Source of the DNA: Eledone cirrhosa
Lineage: Eukaryota
DNA length: 64,000 nt
Direction: 5' to 3'
Assembly (NCBI GenBank): GCA_964016885.1
Contig: OZ024745.1
Location: 128,340,001-128,404,000 of the forward strand
The position numbers and the translations under genes were made by a program. Numbering within the stretch: the stretch's first letter is position 1; each line of letters opens with the position of its first letter. The notes under the pieces are model-generated. The model was not told the DNA's origin. It made no database searches and saw nothing but the letters and a program-made list of their open reading frames with translations. Below, piece by piece: positions 1 to 14,244 of the stretch.

Positions 1-339
1 ATAGAAAGAATAAGTGAGAACATGTATGTGAGTGAAATCCGAATTTTTCCAATACCCGATCACGATGGTTAGGTTTCGATCCTATTGCCTGGCTCCTTGA
101 AGATGTTGTTTTCTTCCATATATTTGGAAGACATAGGCCTTCGGTTGTATTAGGGATAATATTTACAACATATATATATATATATTGAGAAAAACCACAG
201 ACCCTCCACCTCAACTCTACGTTTGAAAAACAGAAGAACTGCGAAACCGGTAAAGGAACCAAATAAATATATATATTTTTTTTTAAATAAGACTCCAGTT
301 GCATTTTCGATTTCATCCTTTTTCTTTATATATATATAT

Positions 340-678
340 ATGCAGAGGTTATATTTAATTTGTTGGGATTCAACAAGCTTAAACATTTTTATAACTGATA
401 TAAAGCACTCAACAATTAGCTCCAACCGTTAAGGTTGTCTTTTTTCCGGGTATGTCAATATTTATTTATAAAACAAATCTGTATTTTATCTGATGAAAGC
501 GCACCATAACTTGATTTGGTTGCCCTTGAAATATATATAATAAAATAAATATGGTTTTATAAATATATTTTCCATTTATTAATATATTGTGTATTTACTC
601 CACTAACTTGTTGAGTGCTTTATATCAGTTATAAAAATGTTTAAGCTTGTTGAATCCCAACAAATTAAATATAACCTC

Positions 679-682
<4 letters not shown>
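340..682 (+). mobile_element. Family A hammerhead-bearing Penelope-like/retrozyme-type element in (TA)n, with 5' inverted copy of its 3' end
   Basis: Bases ~340-413 are the reverse complement of ~608-682. There is an internal hammerhead at 482-547 and TA runs on both sides. Homologous to 5970-6235, 25584-26027 and 31614-32066. Confidence 0.75.
482..547 (+). ncRNA. Type I hammerhead ribozyme (family A)
   Basis: TATTTTAT(482-489)-CTGATGA(490-496)-stem II aag..cacca/tggttg..ctt-GAAA(528-531)-tatata-TA-ATAAAATA(540-547). Stem I is a perfect 8-bp complement. Confidence 0.85.
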
Positions 683-744
<62 letters not shown>

Positions 745-749
<5 letters not shown>

Positions 750-957
750 AGGAGTTGACGGACCCAGCATATTTAACAATGCCAGGACCGGTTGTATTTC
801 AGCGGACTCAATAGATAATGTACAACACATTCCAGAGTATACACATATTTATTCGCTTCAATACAACACACGTAAACGGGTGCCTATATTAGTTCACGGA
901 CTCGAGTTTCGGCCACACTTAATGCAGTAGCAGGGTGCACTGTACCCACTGTCTGCA
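745..957 (-). mobile_element. Family B element, 5'-truncated inside hammerhead stem II
   Basis: Reverse complement aligns with 4604-4815. It keeps GAAA-ctcgag-TC but not CTGATGA, and is flanked by (TA)n. Confidence 0.7.
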
Positions 958-1149
958 TATATATATATATACCCTATTTCTTTAGAATACGAAATTCTAA
1001 TACATATCTGTATATAGCGATGCATGAAGCTAAATCCTAATTCTATTCTGTTATAAGTTGTGCCAACTTTATGTAGCTTCGTATACAAATGAGATTAATC
1101 ACCTCATTTACAGAGACGAGAAAACCATATATTCTCGCCTGTTTTCAAG

Positions 1150-1326
1150 TCCAGCAGTCGCAAGAGTGGGAGAGATCGTCCTAAAACAATTGTAATATGT
1201 CCAATAAATTCCTTTCGTTGCAATACTGATTCTCTTTTTTCTGTGATATCATACTCTGCTCTACGAGGGCATCGAGTGCTCATACGGCCTACCGCATACG
1301 GACGCTTTAAGCATCCAACACCAATT
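1150..1326 (+). mobile_element. Family G element 3' portion
   Basis: 1185-1250 matches the reverse complement of 6663-6728 (caattgTAatatgtccaataaattcctttcgt...). TCGAGTGCT at 1272-1280; ends in (TA)n. Confidence 0.55.
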
Positions 1327-1410
1327 ATATATATATATATATATATATATACCATTTCCTGTCAGCATGACTTGGCAAGCTAATTAGAATACTGGATTAA
1401 CCTCTTTACT

Positions 1411-1448
1411 TCCCTCCGAAGAAGAGATATTATCTCGAAAATTAAGGA
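1411..1448 (+). ncRNA. Minimal hammerhead-like motif with CCGAAGA core variant
   Basis: cct-CCGAAGA-a-gagat/atctc hairpin-GAAA-at-TA-agg. Confidence 0.4.
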
Positions 1449-1556
1449 TATTCAAATAAATTTAAGGTAAAAGACTAATTGTCAATAATATATTTTGCAT
1501 TTGTATGTATATTCTATATCCATACCTACATTGTTTTGGCCTTCCAACTCCAAACG

Positions 1557-1641
<85 letters not shown>

Positions 1642-1647
<6 letters not shown>

Positions 1648-2130
1648 ACTAGAAATTGATTGACATATATATATATTTAAAATAAACACATGAAACAATC
1701 ACAGGGGATAATTTGTAAAGTGTGTAATCACACATAGCTAGGTATGTAACTAATTAAAGTTTAACTACAGCTTCAAATATTACCTTTTAAAAAGTGATTA
1801 ATCTTCTTTGTATATATTGCAACACGTGCGATGGGTCACTCGCAGATTTGCATTTGATGTGTAAACACAGATAGTTAAATCTACTCCCTTGCTGAAGATT
1901 CGTTTGGCTGCTGTGACTATACGGATTAATGGTGAAATATATTTCTTTAACGAAATATATACAAGGAAGATTAATCACTTTTTAAAAGGTAATATTTGAA
2001 GCTGTAGTTAAACTTTAATTAGTTACCTACCTAGCTATGTGTGATTACACACTTTACAAATTATCCCCTGTGATTGTTTCATGTGTTTAATTTAAATATA
2101 TATATATGTCAATCAATTTCTGGTTGATAT
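1642..2130 (+). mobile_element. Fold-back element with ~175-bp inverted arms and an internal hammerhead-like motif
   Basis: 1642-1816 is a near-perfect reverse complement of 1956-2130. It abuts (TA)n on the left. Confidence 0.75.
1887..1966 (+). ncRNA. Hammerhead-like motif with imperfect stem II
   Basis: CCTTG-CTGAAGA(1892-1898)-...-GAAA(1952-1955)-tata-TA-CAAGG. Confidence 0.55.
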
Positions 2131-2237
2131 AAAATGCTCGGATCTATTCATTGGAATCTTTGAGCTTATTCTACGGTGGATATGGCGCATGTCTCGGACA
2201 TGACTCCCTTAATTTAATTTAATTTAACTAATTTTGG

Positions 2238-2373
<136 letters not shown>

Positions 2374-2424
2374 AAGATAGAGGGAGAGAGAGACGGAGAG
2401 AGAGATGGGTAGAACACTGGCAGG

Positions 2425-2657
2425 TAATATCCGTAGTGGTAGAGCACTCAGTCCATGGAACGAGTTAGGTAAAAGTGGTAACAGAACAGTTAGTTCACCA
2501 TACCGAGAACAATTGTTTCACCTTAGCGGATCTTCAGCTCGTACTAGGCATGGTTATACGGAACAGTTCCGTATAACCATGACCAGTACGAGCTCAAGAT
2601 CCGCTTAGGTGAAACAATTGTTCTCGGTATGGTGAACTAACTGTTCTGTTACCACTT

Positions 2658-2660
<3 letters not shown>
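2425..2660 (-). mobile_element. Family F hairpin element (half hammerhead)
   Basis: Near-perfect ~90-bp-arm hairpin 2473-2657 centred on ggaacagttcc. GAAA-caattg-TT motif; AGCACTCA box at 2443-2450; bounded by (GA)n and (TA)n. Confidence 0.65.
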
Positions 2661-2691
<31 letters not shown>

Positions 2692-2697
<6 letters not shown>

Positions 2698-2740
2698 ATA
2701 CTTTGAGAGGGTCATGTTGCCAATAAAAATACACGCACCT
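2692..2740 (-). repeat. Short TA-anchored dispersed terminus (GCAACATGACCCTCCCAAAGTATAACAA-TATA)
   Basis: The same terminus occurs at ~19995-20028 (+) and ~47670-47718 (+), always running into (TA)n. Confidence 0.65.
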
Positions 2741-3174
2741 TTTGGGGCGTGTGTTTTTACTTTTTACTTTTCACTTCAATTTATTATAGGTTTCTGGTTG
2801 GTTGGTTGGCTGGTTGGTTGGTTCATTGGTTGGTTGGTTGGCTGGTTCGATAACAGAAGGTTGTTTATATATTGTCAAAGCTCTTTCGTCACACATTCTG
2901 TGACCTCCTCTGTGAATAGGTTTTTATTTTGTGTGTCCTTCCTTTGTTCTGTCCTACGCCATCTTGATTTTGTGTGTTGTGTGTGCTTAGTTTGCGCATG
3001 CGTTACATCCGGGTGTGTGTGTTTATTTATTTATGTGTTTATTTACTTGTTCTATCTGTGTGTGTCTGATTTGTTTTGTTAGTTTGGTTTGTGTGTATGT
3101 GTGTGTATGTCTTTATTTTGTCCTTAATTACTAGTCGTGATGTTGCTATTCCACTCATGTTTTCTCTTTAATAA

Positions 3175-3472
3175 ATGTACGTATTATATATTTAATAATA
3201 TACTGTATGCTTATTTAAAAACACTCTGAAGGCCATTCGCTATGAATTTTAAAGTAGTGACTAACGTCACACACCTACCCTCGGCTAAATCAAACGGTCA
3301 CCGTTTCTCCCTTGTAAGAGGTTGTCATACCTCTTCGCTTTTGCTGGATTCTTATAGAATTCCAGTTATGTTTAAACTCATACTTAAAATGCAGAGCGAA
3401 TGGCCTTAAATAATATACCGAATATTTTAAAATAAACATACGGTATATTATTACATATACAATACGTACATT
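3175..3472. repeat. Diverged inverted repeat
   Basis: atgtacgtatt...aaggccattcgct (~3175-3255) versus agcgaatggcctt...aatacgtacat (~3382-3472). Confidence 0.55.
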
Positions 3473-3568
3473 CATATATACATCGCTATTTCAGAACACT
3501 AATACTAACATATATATATGTATATATATTACTACACCATTGAAAAGGAAAGGCTTGCTCTCTCTCTC

Positions 3569-3652
<84 letters not shown>

Positions 3653-4557
3653 GCATCGACCCTCCCTTTTCTCTTCCCTTCTCCTCCTCACTCTCTTTTT
3701 TTTCTCTCTCTCTCTCTATCCATCCGTTCGGTTTTGATTATTGACATGTTTACAGGTGCCTTGGTGGCCTCTCTCTCGGCAATCTTTGCGGCACGTTTTT
3801 ACCACTGTTGTAAAAAAAAACATTCTGGATTATCTCCCTTCCCCTTCTCCTCCTCACTTTTGGTTTCCCGTGTCTCTCTCTCACTTTTTCCTGTCTATGT
3901 GAGACATATACCAGCTTTGAGTCGTGGCTGACCACTAGGCTAAAGTCTCCCAGATTGGCCGCAACTTACTTACTTTCCCTATATTTTCCACGGTTACTTT
4001 TTTGCATGTTTCTTTCGCCTGTGTCTGCCCACGATGGGACCTATACACGTCTTTTCTCCTGTTCCTTTTCCCTTCCCCCTTTCTTCCTCTCTCCTCATCC
4101 TTTTCCCCACTGTTCTTCCTCCTTTCCCTCTCTTTTCTTTTCGCTCTCCTTTTTTCTCCCCTTTCTTTCTCTCTTTCTCTCTCCTTTTCTACCTAGCCTT
4201 TTGATTAATAAAAGGCCTCGGGCGCACCCGAAATATACCGATGTCCTGTAATTAAGCGCCGAAACATCGGTTCGGGAAACATTTACAGCTAAAGATGGAA
4301 ACTCCTCTCTACCTTTTTCCTCCTGTTCCGTCCTAACCACCATCCTAAACCCTATATATATATAGAGAGAGAGAGATTGATTCTTTTTAGCTTCCCGTCC
4401 CCACGTAAAATTTGTAAATCAGTGGCTAGTTGAGAGATAGTCCTATCGGTTTACTTAATAGTTAATCGCTTTACCGTGTCGGTTGTCACAAACAGTCATG
4501 ACCGGCATGGGCAGGTATTTGGATTCTGTCGATCGATTGGTTATTGATTAGGCGATA

Positions 4558-4667
4558 CCCGCTGATGAAGTCGCATAAGCTGATTGTGCATTGTTGCATA
4601 ATATATGCAGACAGATGGTGCAGTGCACCTTACTGCTGCATTAGTGCGGCAGAAACTCGAGTCCGGG
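4558..4667 (+). ncRNA. Type I hammerhead ribozyme with extended (~83 nt) stem II (family B)
   Basis: CCCG-CTGATGA(4562-4568)-a-gtcgca...tgcggc-a-GAAA(4652-4655)-ctcgag-TC(GTC 4661-4663)-CGGG. Confidence 0.75.
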
Positions 4668-4941
4668 AACCTTTTTAGGCACCCGTTTTACGTGTGTTGT
4701 GTGGAGGCAAATAACTATGTGTATACTCTGGTAATGTATCTTACATTGCCCATTGAGTGCGCTGAGATACAACCGGTACTGGGATTGATAAATATGGTGG
4801 GTCCGTCAACCCTTATTATATATATATATATTGGGAATTGTAAAGTCCAGTTACTGTAGGTCCACCAAAGTGAGCACTCGCAACGTAGTTTCCAGTGGGC
4901 ATATTGGTGTTGTACGAAGCAGAGTGTAATAATAATAATGA

Positions 4942-4942
<1 letters not shown>

Positions 4943-4972
<30 letters not shown>

Positions 4973-5075
4973 AAGAAGAAGAAGAAGAAGAAGAAGAAGA
5001 AGAAGAAGAAGAAGAAGAAGAAGAAGAAGAAGAAGAAGAAGAAGAAGAAGAAGAAGAAGAAGAAGAAGAAGAAGA
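4943..5075. repeat. (GAA)n microsatellite
   Basis: Pure AAG array. Confidence 0.95.
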
Positions 5076-5184
5076 ACGTGTTAGATCTTCATTACACTTA
5101 TTATTATTATTATTACCCCCTATATGTCGGCCCTTGTGGCTAATAAATGAAATCATTATTATTATTATTACTATATATTATAGC

Positions 5185-5325
5185 AATGGCTTCTACAGGA
5201 CTAGAACTATTTCATCGGATGATTTGTTTAGAATGAAACAGTACTAGTCCTGTAGAAACTATTTCTATATTAAACATGATGTTTACACTCTAATTACTGT
5301 GGTTACCCCCGATTGAACCGTGGAC
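5185..5325 (+). mobile_element. Family D hairpin element
   Basis: ttctacaggactagaac.tttcat / atgaaacag.actagtcctgtagaa hairpin; homologous to 6980-7145 and 47752-47925. Confidence 0.65.
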
Positions 5326-5397
5326 ACACACACACGCACACACACACACACACATACACACACACACACACACACGCACGCACACACACACACAGAT

Positions 5398-5463
<66 letters not shown>

Positions 5464-5752
5464 GGGGCATACTTCAATAGCGTAATCTAATCTGATTATT
5501 TATGCCCAATACAATTTCAGCCATAAATGGATTAAGAGAGCTTTAGTAACAAAACTTTCCAGGTAGTTATTGTCACACGGAGAGAAAAAAAGTGACATGT
5601 TACATGCTTCTAGATTACAGAAAGGCGGAGTTGATATTTCAGAGATGATCCCATAGACAGCTGCGGCTTTTATTTTACTACAAAGAGCCAAAATATCACT
5701 CCGACAATGGTGTATCTACACACACATACACACATACATGCAGTCATTCGTA

Positions 5753-5868
<116 letters not shown>

Positions 5869-5887
5869 GTAATAATAATAAATTTGA

Positions 5888-5969
<82 letters not shown>

Positions 5970-5971
<2 letters not shown>

Positions 5972-6233
5972 CAGAAGGGATATTCAATTTGTTGGTAATT
6001 CAACAAATATAAATGTTTATAACTGATTCAGAGCACTCGACAAGTTTTCTGGAGTATAATATACAATGATATTAAATAAATGGAAACTATATTTATGAAA
6101 CCATATTTATTCTATTATATATATTTCAAGGGTACCAAAATCTTTGGTACGCTTTCATCAGATAAAATACAAAGTGTGTTTTATAAATTTTGACATAGCC
6201 AAGGAACATACCTTAACGGTTGAAGTTTCCCTT

Positions 6234-6235
<2 letters not shown>
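5970..6235 (-). mobile_element. Family A element without inverted arm
   Basis: Reverse complement aligns with 421-682; TA tracts on both sides. Confidence 0.7.
6108..6169 (-). ncRNA. Type I hammerhead ribozyme (family A)
   Basis: Minus strand reads tattttat-CTGATGA-aagcgtaccaaa..tttggtaccctt-GAAA-tatata-TA-atagaata. Confidence 0.85.
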
Positions 6236-6282
<47 letters not shown>

Positions 6283-6287
<5 letters not shown>

Positions 6288-6442
6288 AAGAGGGTGTGGT
6301 AAGATACTAAGGGGACCAGAGTACTCAATACTTAGGGTAGTAGAGTGGGTAATAGGAAAAGAGTCAGGACCCCAACGGCTTAGCACCGGCCGTTTCGGCA
6401 GCCGGCCGGAGCTCAGCCTTCCGGGCCCTGACTCTTTTCCTA
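6283..6442 (-). mobile_element. Diverged family C hairpin element
   Basis: Shares agtactcaatacttagggtagtagagtgggtaatagga with 18909-19102; terminal hairpin ataggaaaagagtcagg/cctgactcttttcctat. Confidence 0.7.
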
Positions 6443-6487
6443 TATATATATATCAGTCGTCAGAATGAATAAAAAACAATTTGTTCT

Positions 6488-6555
6488 TTATTCTTTCTGA
6501 CGACTGAAGACAGACACAACATCTGTCTTCAAGAAACCACTGGTAAATGATATAA
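6488..6555 (+). ncRNA. Type I hammerhead ribozyme (separate family)
   Basis: CTGACGA(6497-6503)-tgaagacaga/tctgtcttca 10-bp stem II-GAAA(6533-6536)-cc act gg-TA-aatga. An inverted copy of the 5' part lies at 6453-6472. Confidence 0.7.
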
Positions 6556-6709
6556 TTATCTTATATTGTTTATTACATAACTAATAAGCTCTGTAGCCTA
6601 CATAGAGTACTCTTTTTTCTTGTACCTTTCTGACGGAAATACTTCATTTATGTATATATATATATCACAGAAAAAAGAGAATCAGTGTTTTGACGAAAGG
6701 AATTTATTG

Positions 6710-6804
6710 GACATATTACAATCGTTTCTCTGGCGACCAGCTCGAGGCACGATCGATGTGGTGATCAAACCTGACTCTGAAATCGCGTGGTCCTCGGATA
6801 CGTC
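6710..6804 (-). ncRNA. Hammerhead-like motif with CCGAGGA core and long stem II (family G)
   Basis: Minus strand reads GACGTAT-CCGAGGA-...gcgatt...ggtcgc...-GAAA-cgattg-TA-ATATGTC; 7-bp stem I with one G-U pair. Confidence 0.6.
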
Positions 6805-6843
6805 TCGATTCTACGAAGCAGATTTTCCTAAGCATCTAAGACC

Positions 6844-7145
<302 letters not shown>

Positions 7146-7149
7146 AGAT

Positions 7150-7232
<83 letters not shown>

Positions 7233-7693
7233 CGCGCGCGCGTGTGTGTGTCATAAGTTTTATCTCATTCTAATTCAAACAAATATATACAATTTCCTAG
7301 CAATTAAAATATGTTTTTATTCCTATTAAAGTATTTACTCGGCTGAGATGTTGACACCCTAACCTTGCAGCATCCACCTCAATTCCTAGCTTTAAAGAAA
7401 TGATCTGTTTTTAAAAATTACGAAACTCAGCCGAAGTTGTTGGAAGTCCTGTGTTGAGAATAATCAGACTTGGAGATTAATTAACGTTATTGCTAATAAT
7501 GTGGCACAAGGGAATTCAAAGAGCCAGTGTTCGGCATCACATCTTTTGTACTAATAATAGTAATCTGTACAAGTATATTTTAATAGGAATGTATTTTGAA
7601 CAGTTAATTTAATTAATCTTTCTATATCACTTTTCATTTGTACTACTTCCATTTCTGCTGACTTCAACATTATTTATATCTCCTACTAAAACT

Positions 7694-8070
7694 CTTCTTC
7701 TTCTTCTTCTTCTTCTTCTTCTTCTTCTTCTTCTTCTTCTTCTTCTTCTTCTTCTTCTTCTTCCTGAGCGGGTCGTTGAGGACACAGTCCTTAATCACTC
7801 CTTCCCACGGGTTCTCTCAGAAGCAACCGTCTCTAACTGATCCGGCTGGATCCCCAAGTGAGACCAGCCAAGCTCATGGATGTTATCCAACCATCTTGCT
7901 GGGGAAGTCTACCCTTAGGTCTTCTTCTGCCAGTTATTTTTACCAGTAACATCTGTCCAGCAATTATTTCCTGAGTCATTCTCACCACATGCCCATAATA
8001 GCTGTGATCTCTCAATTCGGAGAAGTAGTAACTCTACCTGGAGTGACTCTGTGATCTCCGAGCTCTGCCC
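7694..8070 (-). mobile_element. RTE-like LINE 3' fragment with (GAA)n tail
   Basis: Peptide YYGHVVRM...GRRRPKGR resembles the RTE C-terminus (GHV.R...G.RP.GRP..RW.D). (TTC)n tail at 7694-7763. Related pieces at ~17225-17395, 31110-31410, 34861-34990 and 55696-55870. Confidence 0.7.
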
Positions 8071-8416
8071 TATATCAAGTAACTTTCACATTGTTTTAGT
8101 CATTAGTCTCAAGTTTATATGTTACGAAAGAAGAATTCCACAATAGAAAAAAATCGTCTAAATATTTCTGTCTTTTTTTAAACATGTAAGTGCAGTGCTT
8201 CATTAAGTATTGTGTAATCAAGAGCCAAAATACGTTCTCTGAAGATTCTAAAAGCCGCCGTGCAGGTGTTACCAAATCTAGAGAGTCCATAAATACACCA
8301 GAAAAACGAAGTTTTAGGTTTCATAGAGAAACAAAAATATAAAGAGGCGAAATCTCGTTTGATAGATTTTTACGGTCACGAATTTTTACTAAACATTCAC
8401 TAAGTAAGAGTTACAT

Positions 8417-8518
<102 letters not shown>

Positions 8519-9614
8519 GAAATACTGGTGAGACAGTAAGATTAATAACCAACAAATATAGAGAAGAACGAGAGAGGGTGGAAAGAGATAGCAAGAGTAT
8601 GGTATGAAAAGTAAAAAGATAAATGATAGGACTCTACGTTGGAGAGAGGGAAGCCAGTGTCTGTACTGAAAGAGGAGAAGAAAGAGAAATAATTATAAAT
8701 TATAATTACAGTTATAAATTATAAATAACATAGTTTTGTAGCTTGCTTGAAGCATTCTTTAGTAGGAAACACAGATTTATATTTTGAAGACTGACACAAT
8801 AGTTTGAAGAATATTACATTTGCCAAGATAATAAAAGAATCTTACCTTAACAAATTTAACGTTAAATTTGTTAAGGTAAGATTTGTATAAATTATAAGTT
8901 ATATTTATAAATATAAGTGGACAAGATAGGTAAATGGATAGGTGGGACGACGAACAAGCGAGAAAAATAGTCAGATGAGCAGTCAATGAAATATCAGGAA
9001 GTATTGAAGGAAGTGTCAGAGAGGAAGGGATTGTACGAGTAAAACACGAGAAGAAGACCAAGGGTTTAGCGTTATCAAAGGGAGGTGTAGTTAGAGAGGC
9101 GCGCTGATTAAGTAACAATGTATAGAGACTGTGCAGATGATAGAAAGAAAGGAAGAGAGAAAGAAAGAAAGAAAGAAAGAAAGACAAAGACATGTGTATA
9201 ATATCGAAGTATGAAAGTGGAAATATTTGGGGGAATGGAGAGAAAAAAAATGGAGGTAAATTTTGATGGGAGAAATAAAAGAGAGAAATGATGCATATAG
9301 ATAGAGAGAAAAGGTAAACGAAGCATGTGAGTCTATGGGAATAATGAAGGAGAATAATCTATATACTACTAGAAGTCTGTGATTGCTTGCTTGTCTGTAA
9401 TACAATAGAGCAAAAAGGGCGCATAATGAGAAAATACTTTGAAAGAACGTTGCCCCTGAAATGGGAATACAAATAGAATAAAACAAGATTCGCGTAAATC
9501 GGAGCACGGGTTCCCGAGATACGGGGTTTTTCCAGGTAGCTTCATAAAAATAGGGAGAGAGGAGGGCAGAGAAGGAGAATGAAAAAGAGAGAGAAAGAGA
9601 GAGAGTGGAGTTCT

Positions 9615-9671
<57 letters not shown>

Positions 9672-9741
9672 TTATATGTGTGTTTATGTGTCTATGACCA
9701 GTGTATATTGATCACAGACACCCACACACACATATATATAT

Positions 9742-9800
<59 letters not shown>

Positions 9801-10299
9801 TTTATATATACACATACACGTGTATATATATGGGCCTTCCAGTTTCATTTCACATTATATACATGTCTGTGTATATTTTAATTATTTAAAAATTATTTTT
9901 AAGGGAACATAATTTTTTTTTTATATTTGAAGTGAACGTGGCCCAACGGGTGACGGGTAGTCTAGTGACATATAAAGGTAAGAATACAGAAGTGAATAGA
10001 TACATTTTCAAATATAGAACATTGAATTGTAAGTCAAAGAGACAATATTTTCAGCCACAGAGTGTCTACGTGGCTTCAAATGAAAAGAATATAAAATAAC
10101 GTGTTGTAAAACTATAACCAGCCCCTGAAGGAACTGAAGCAAGGTTGGTGGCAAAACAAATATGAATAACTAAATGAAACACGAGAGGTACTCTGAACAA
10201 AGCTACAAGAAGAGAGATTAAGAGTTATTGAAATTAGACCAAAATGTGACCCGCCATTTTTATGGGTGTCTTGCTTGTTTATATAGATATACATATATA

Positions 10300-10718
10300 T
10301 GTATGTGTGTGTATGTGTGTGTGTGTCGTGTGTGTGGTGCCTGTGCGGTGTGTGTGTGTGTATGTGTGTGTGTGTATGTGTGTGTGTGCGTGCGTGTGTG
10401 TGGTGTGTGTGTGTGTTGTGTGTGGTGTGTATGTATGTGTGTGTGCGTGTGTGTGTGTGGTGTGTGTGCGTGTGTGTTGTGTGGTGTGTATGTGTGTTTA
10501 TGTGCGTTGTGTGTGTGTGTGTGTGGTGCTGTGTCTGTGCGTATGTGGTGTGTGTGGGGGGGGGGTCTGTGTGTGTACGTGCATGTGTGAGAGTCTGTAA
10601 GTTTGTGTGTGTGCTAGTATGTGCGTGTATGTGTGTGTGTGTGTGTGTTAGTCTTTGTGTGTGTGTGTGTGTGTGTGCGTGAGAGTCTATATGTGTGTAT
10701 GTGTGTGTGTGAGTGTGT
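10300..10718. repeat. Degenerate (GT)n tract
   Basis: TG-rich simple repeat. Confidence 0.9.
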
Positions 10719-11069
10719 TTTCAACCTCTAGAGACACGAACTTTCCACAAAGCTAATTCACACTGCAGCTACCGTACAAATAAATAGCAACAACATCAAC
10801 AATTTTCACTATCAGAACTGTTGTAGCACAAACCGTAATATACGCTTGACAACATTAACTTATGAAGCCTTGTTTAGATCTATCTGACGTAGGGGCCTAC
10901 AGTTTTGACCTTTTACACTTCTTTTTCTATTGAACTCACACCTTCTTTACAACTTTCTACCACACATATACATAAATATACACACACGTGTGCGCACAAA
11001 CACATACACTCGCAGACACACAATCACACCTATACAGACGAACACACGCTTACACTCTCGATCATATTT

Positions 11070-12526
<1,457 letters not shown>

Positions 12527-12891
12527 AACACACACGTATACACCTTCGCACATAAAATCATAAACACATAAACACATAATACATATACATACAAAAATAC
12601 TCCCATACACACATATATATACACACATATGCATGCAAACACAAACACTCTCACACCGTGTCATATCAGTAGATATTTCATAGACCAAACAGCTGGGACC
12701 AGGTGGGACGCATTTCACGCACCAGTGATTCGGTACGTCAAGCGAAAAATACACACACCCACTCCCCAATCACAACTTATCACTGCAGGCTGCCTGAGAA
12801 AAGATAATAAATGCTGAAATTGGGGGTTAAAAAAAAAAAAAGAGAAAATCTGTCCAGTTTATTTTTTTCGTTCAGTATGTTTTCTAGTTAT

Positions 12892-13160
12892 AATTGTTTC
12901 TACTCTTGGCACAAGGCCAGCAAAACCCAGTACATTACTGGTACTTTATTTTATACACCTCTGTATGTATGAAAGGCAAAGTTAACCTCGGTGGGTTTGA
13001 ACTCAGACCGTAAAGGGACGTAACTATGCTAGAAAGCATGGCGTCTGACCCTCTACCGATACTGCCAATTCACCTACTAATAATAATAGTTGTTTCTACT
13101 TTTGGCACAAGGCCAGCAATTACCCAGTGCATTACTGGTACTTTATTTTATCGACCCCCG
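12892..13160 (-). mobile_element. tRNA-derived SINE family 1 (one full and one partial copy)
   Basis: Reverse complement of the consensus ggcggtggattggcagtatcggtagag...gagttcaaatcccgccgagg...cctttcatccttacggggtcgataaaataaagtaccag...ggccttgtgccaaaagtagaaac. Confidence 0.85.
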
Positions 13161-13161
13161 T

Positions 13162-13745
13162 AGGTGGTGGTGGTGGTGGTGGTGGTGGTGGTGGAGGTGG
13201 TGGTGGTGGTGGAGGTGGTGGTGATGGTGGTGGTGGTGGCGGTGGTGGAGGTGGTGGTGGTGGAGGTGGTGGTGATGGTGGTGGTGGTGGTGGTGGCGGT
13301 GGTGGAGGTGGTGGTGGTGGTGGAGGTGGTGGTGATGGTGGTGGTGGTGGCGGTGGTGGAGGTGGTGGTGGTGGAGGTGGCGGTGGTGGAGGTGGCGGTG
13401 GAGGTGGTGGTGGTGGTGGTGGTGGTGGTGGTGTTGTTGTTGTTGGTGGTGGTGGTGGTGGTGGAGGTGGTGGTGGTGGTGGTGGTGGTGATGGTGGTGG
13501 TGGCGATAATGATGATAATGATGATGATGATTGTGGTGGTAGTGGTGATTTTGATGATGGCGATGTTGATGATGATGATGGTGGTGAAGATTGTGGTGGT
13601 GGTGGTGGTGACGATGATGATGATAATGATGATGGTGGTGATGGTGATGATGATGATGATAGTGATGATGATGGTGATGATGATAAGGAGATGATGATTG
13701 TGGTGGTAGTGATGATGACAATGACGATGATTATGATAATTATGA
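13162..13745. repeat. (GGT)n/(GAT)n trinucleotide block
   Basis: Simple repeat between two SINEs. Confidence 0.9.
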
Positions 13746-13769
13746 TAGTTATAGCTACCATTATCATCG

Positions 13770-13955
13770 GGTGGATTCCCAGTATCGGTAGAGGGTCGGA
13801 CGCCATGATTTGACGCATAGAGTTACGGCCCTTGCCATTCTGAGTTCAAATCCCGCCGAGGTTAATTTTGCCTTTCATCCTTACGGGGTTAATAAAATAA
13901 AGTACCAGTGATGTACTGGCATAATTGCTGGCCTTGTGCCAATAGTAGAAACAAT
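13770..13955 (+). mobile_element. SINE family 1
   Basis: B-box-like GAGTTCAAATCC and the family core. Confidence 0.85.
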
Positions 13956-14099
13956 TATATATTTGTACATATACATATATTTCTCTAACTACGTCTATAT
14001 GTAATTCTTTCATGCATTAATGATTTAGTTCTGGTTTCAGCAAGACGAAGCTGACCCTCACACCACCACTGCCTTCTTCTTTGATCAGTATTTATGCAT

Positions 14100-14244
14100 G
14101 AGTACATTACCTTATTTTATTGAACCCGTAAGGATGAAAGGCAAAGTTAGCCTCGGCGGGATTTGAACTCAGATCATAAAGGGCCGTAACTCTTTACTAC
14201 AAAGCATGGCGTCCGGCCCTCTACCGATACTGCCAATCCACCCT
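14100..14244 (-). mobile_element. SINE family 1
   Basis: Family consensus, reverse strand. Confidence 0.8.

Noticed and set aside
230-275. Half hammerhead gc-GAAA-ccgg-TA followed by aataaa
   Set aside because: No 5' box, stem II or second copy was found in the window, so it is too short to support.
340-682. Classical Tc1/mariner-type MITE with TIRs and TA TSD
   Set aside because: Other copies of the family have one fixed end and variable or absent inverted arms, plus a hammerhead. That is inconsistent with fixed TIRs.
4205-4280. Hammerhead at cccgaaatataccgatgt...acatcggttcggg
   Set aside because: A hairpin and GAAA are present, but there is no CUGANGA box or consistent stem I.
13127-13818. 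Poly-Gly, poly-Pro and poly-His ORFs
   Set aside because: This is a (GGT)n/(GAT)n repeat, and the ORF ends lie inside SINE copies.
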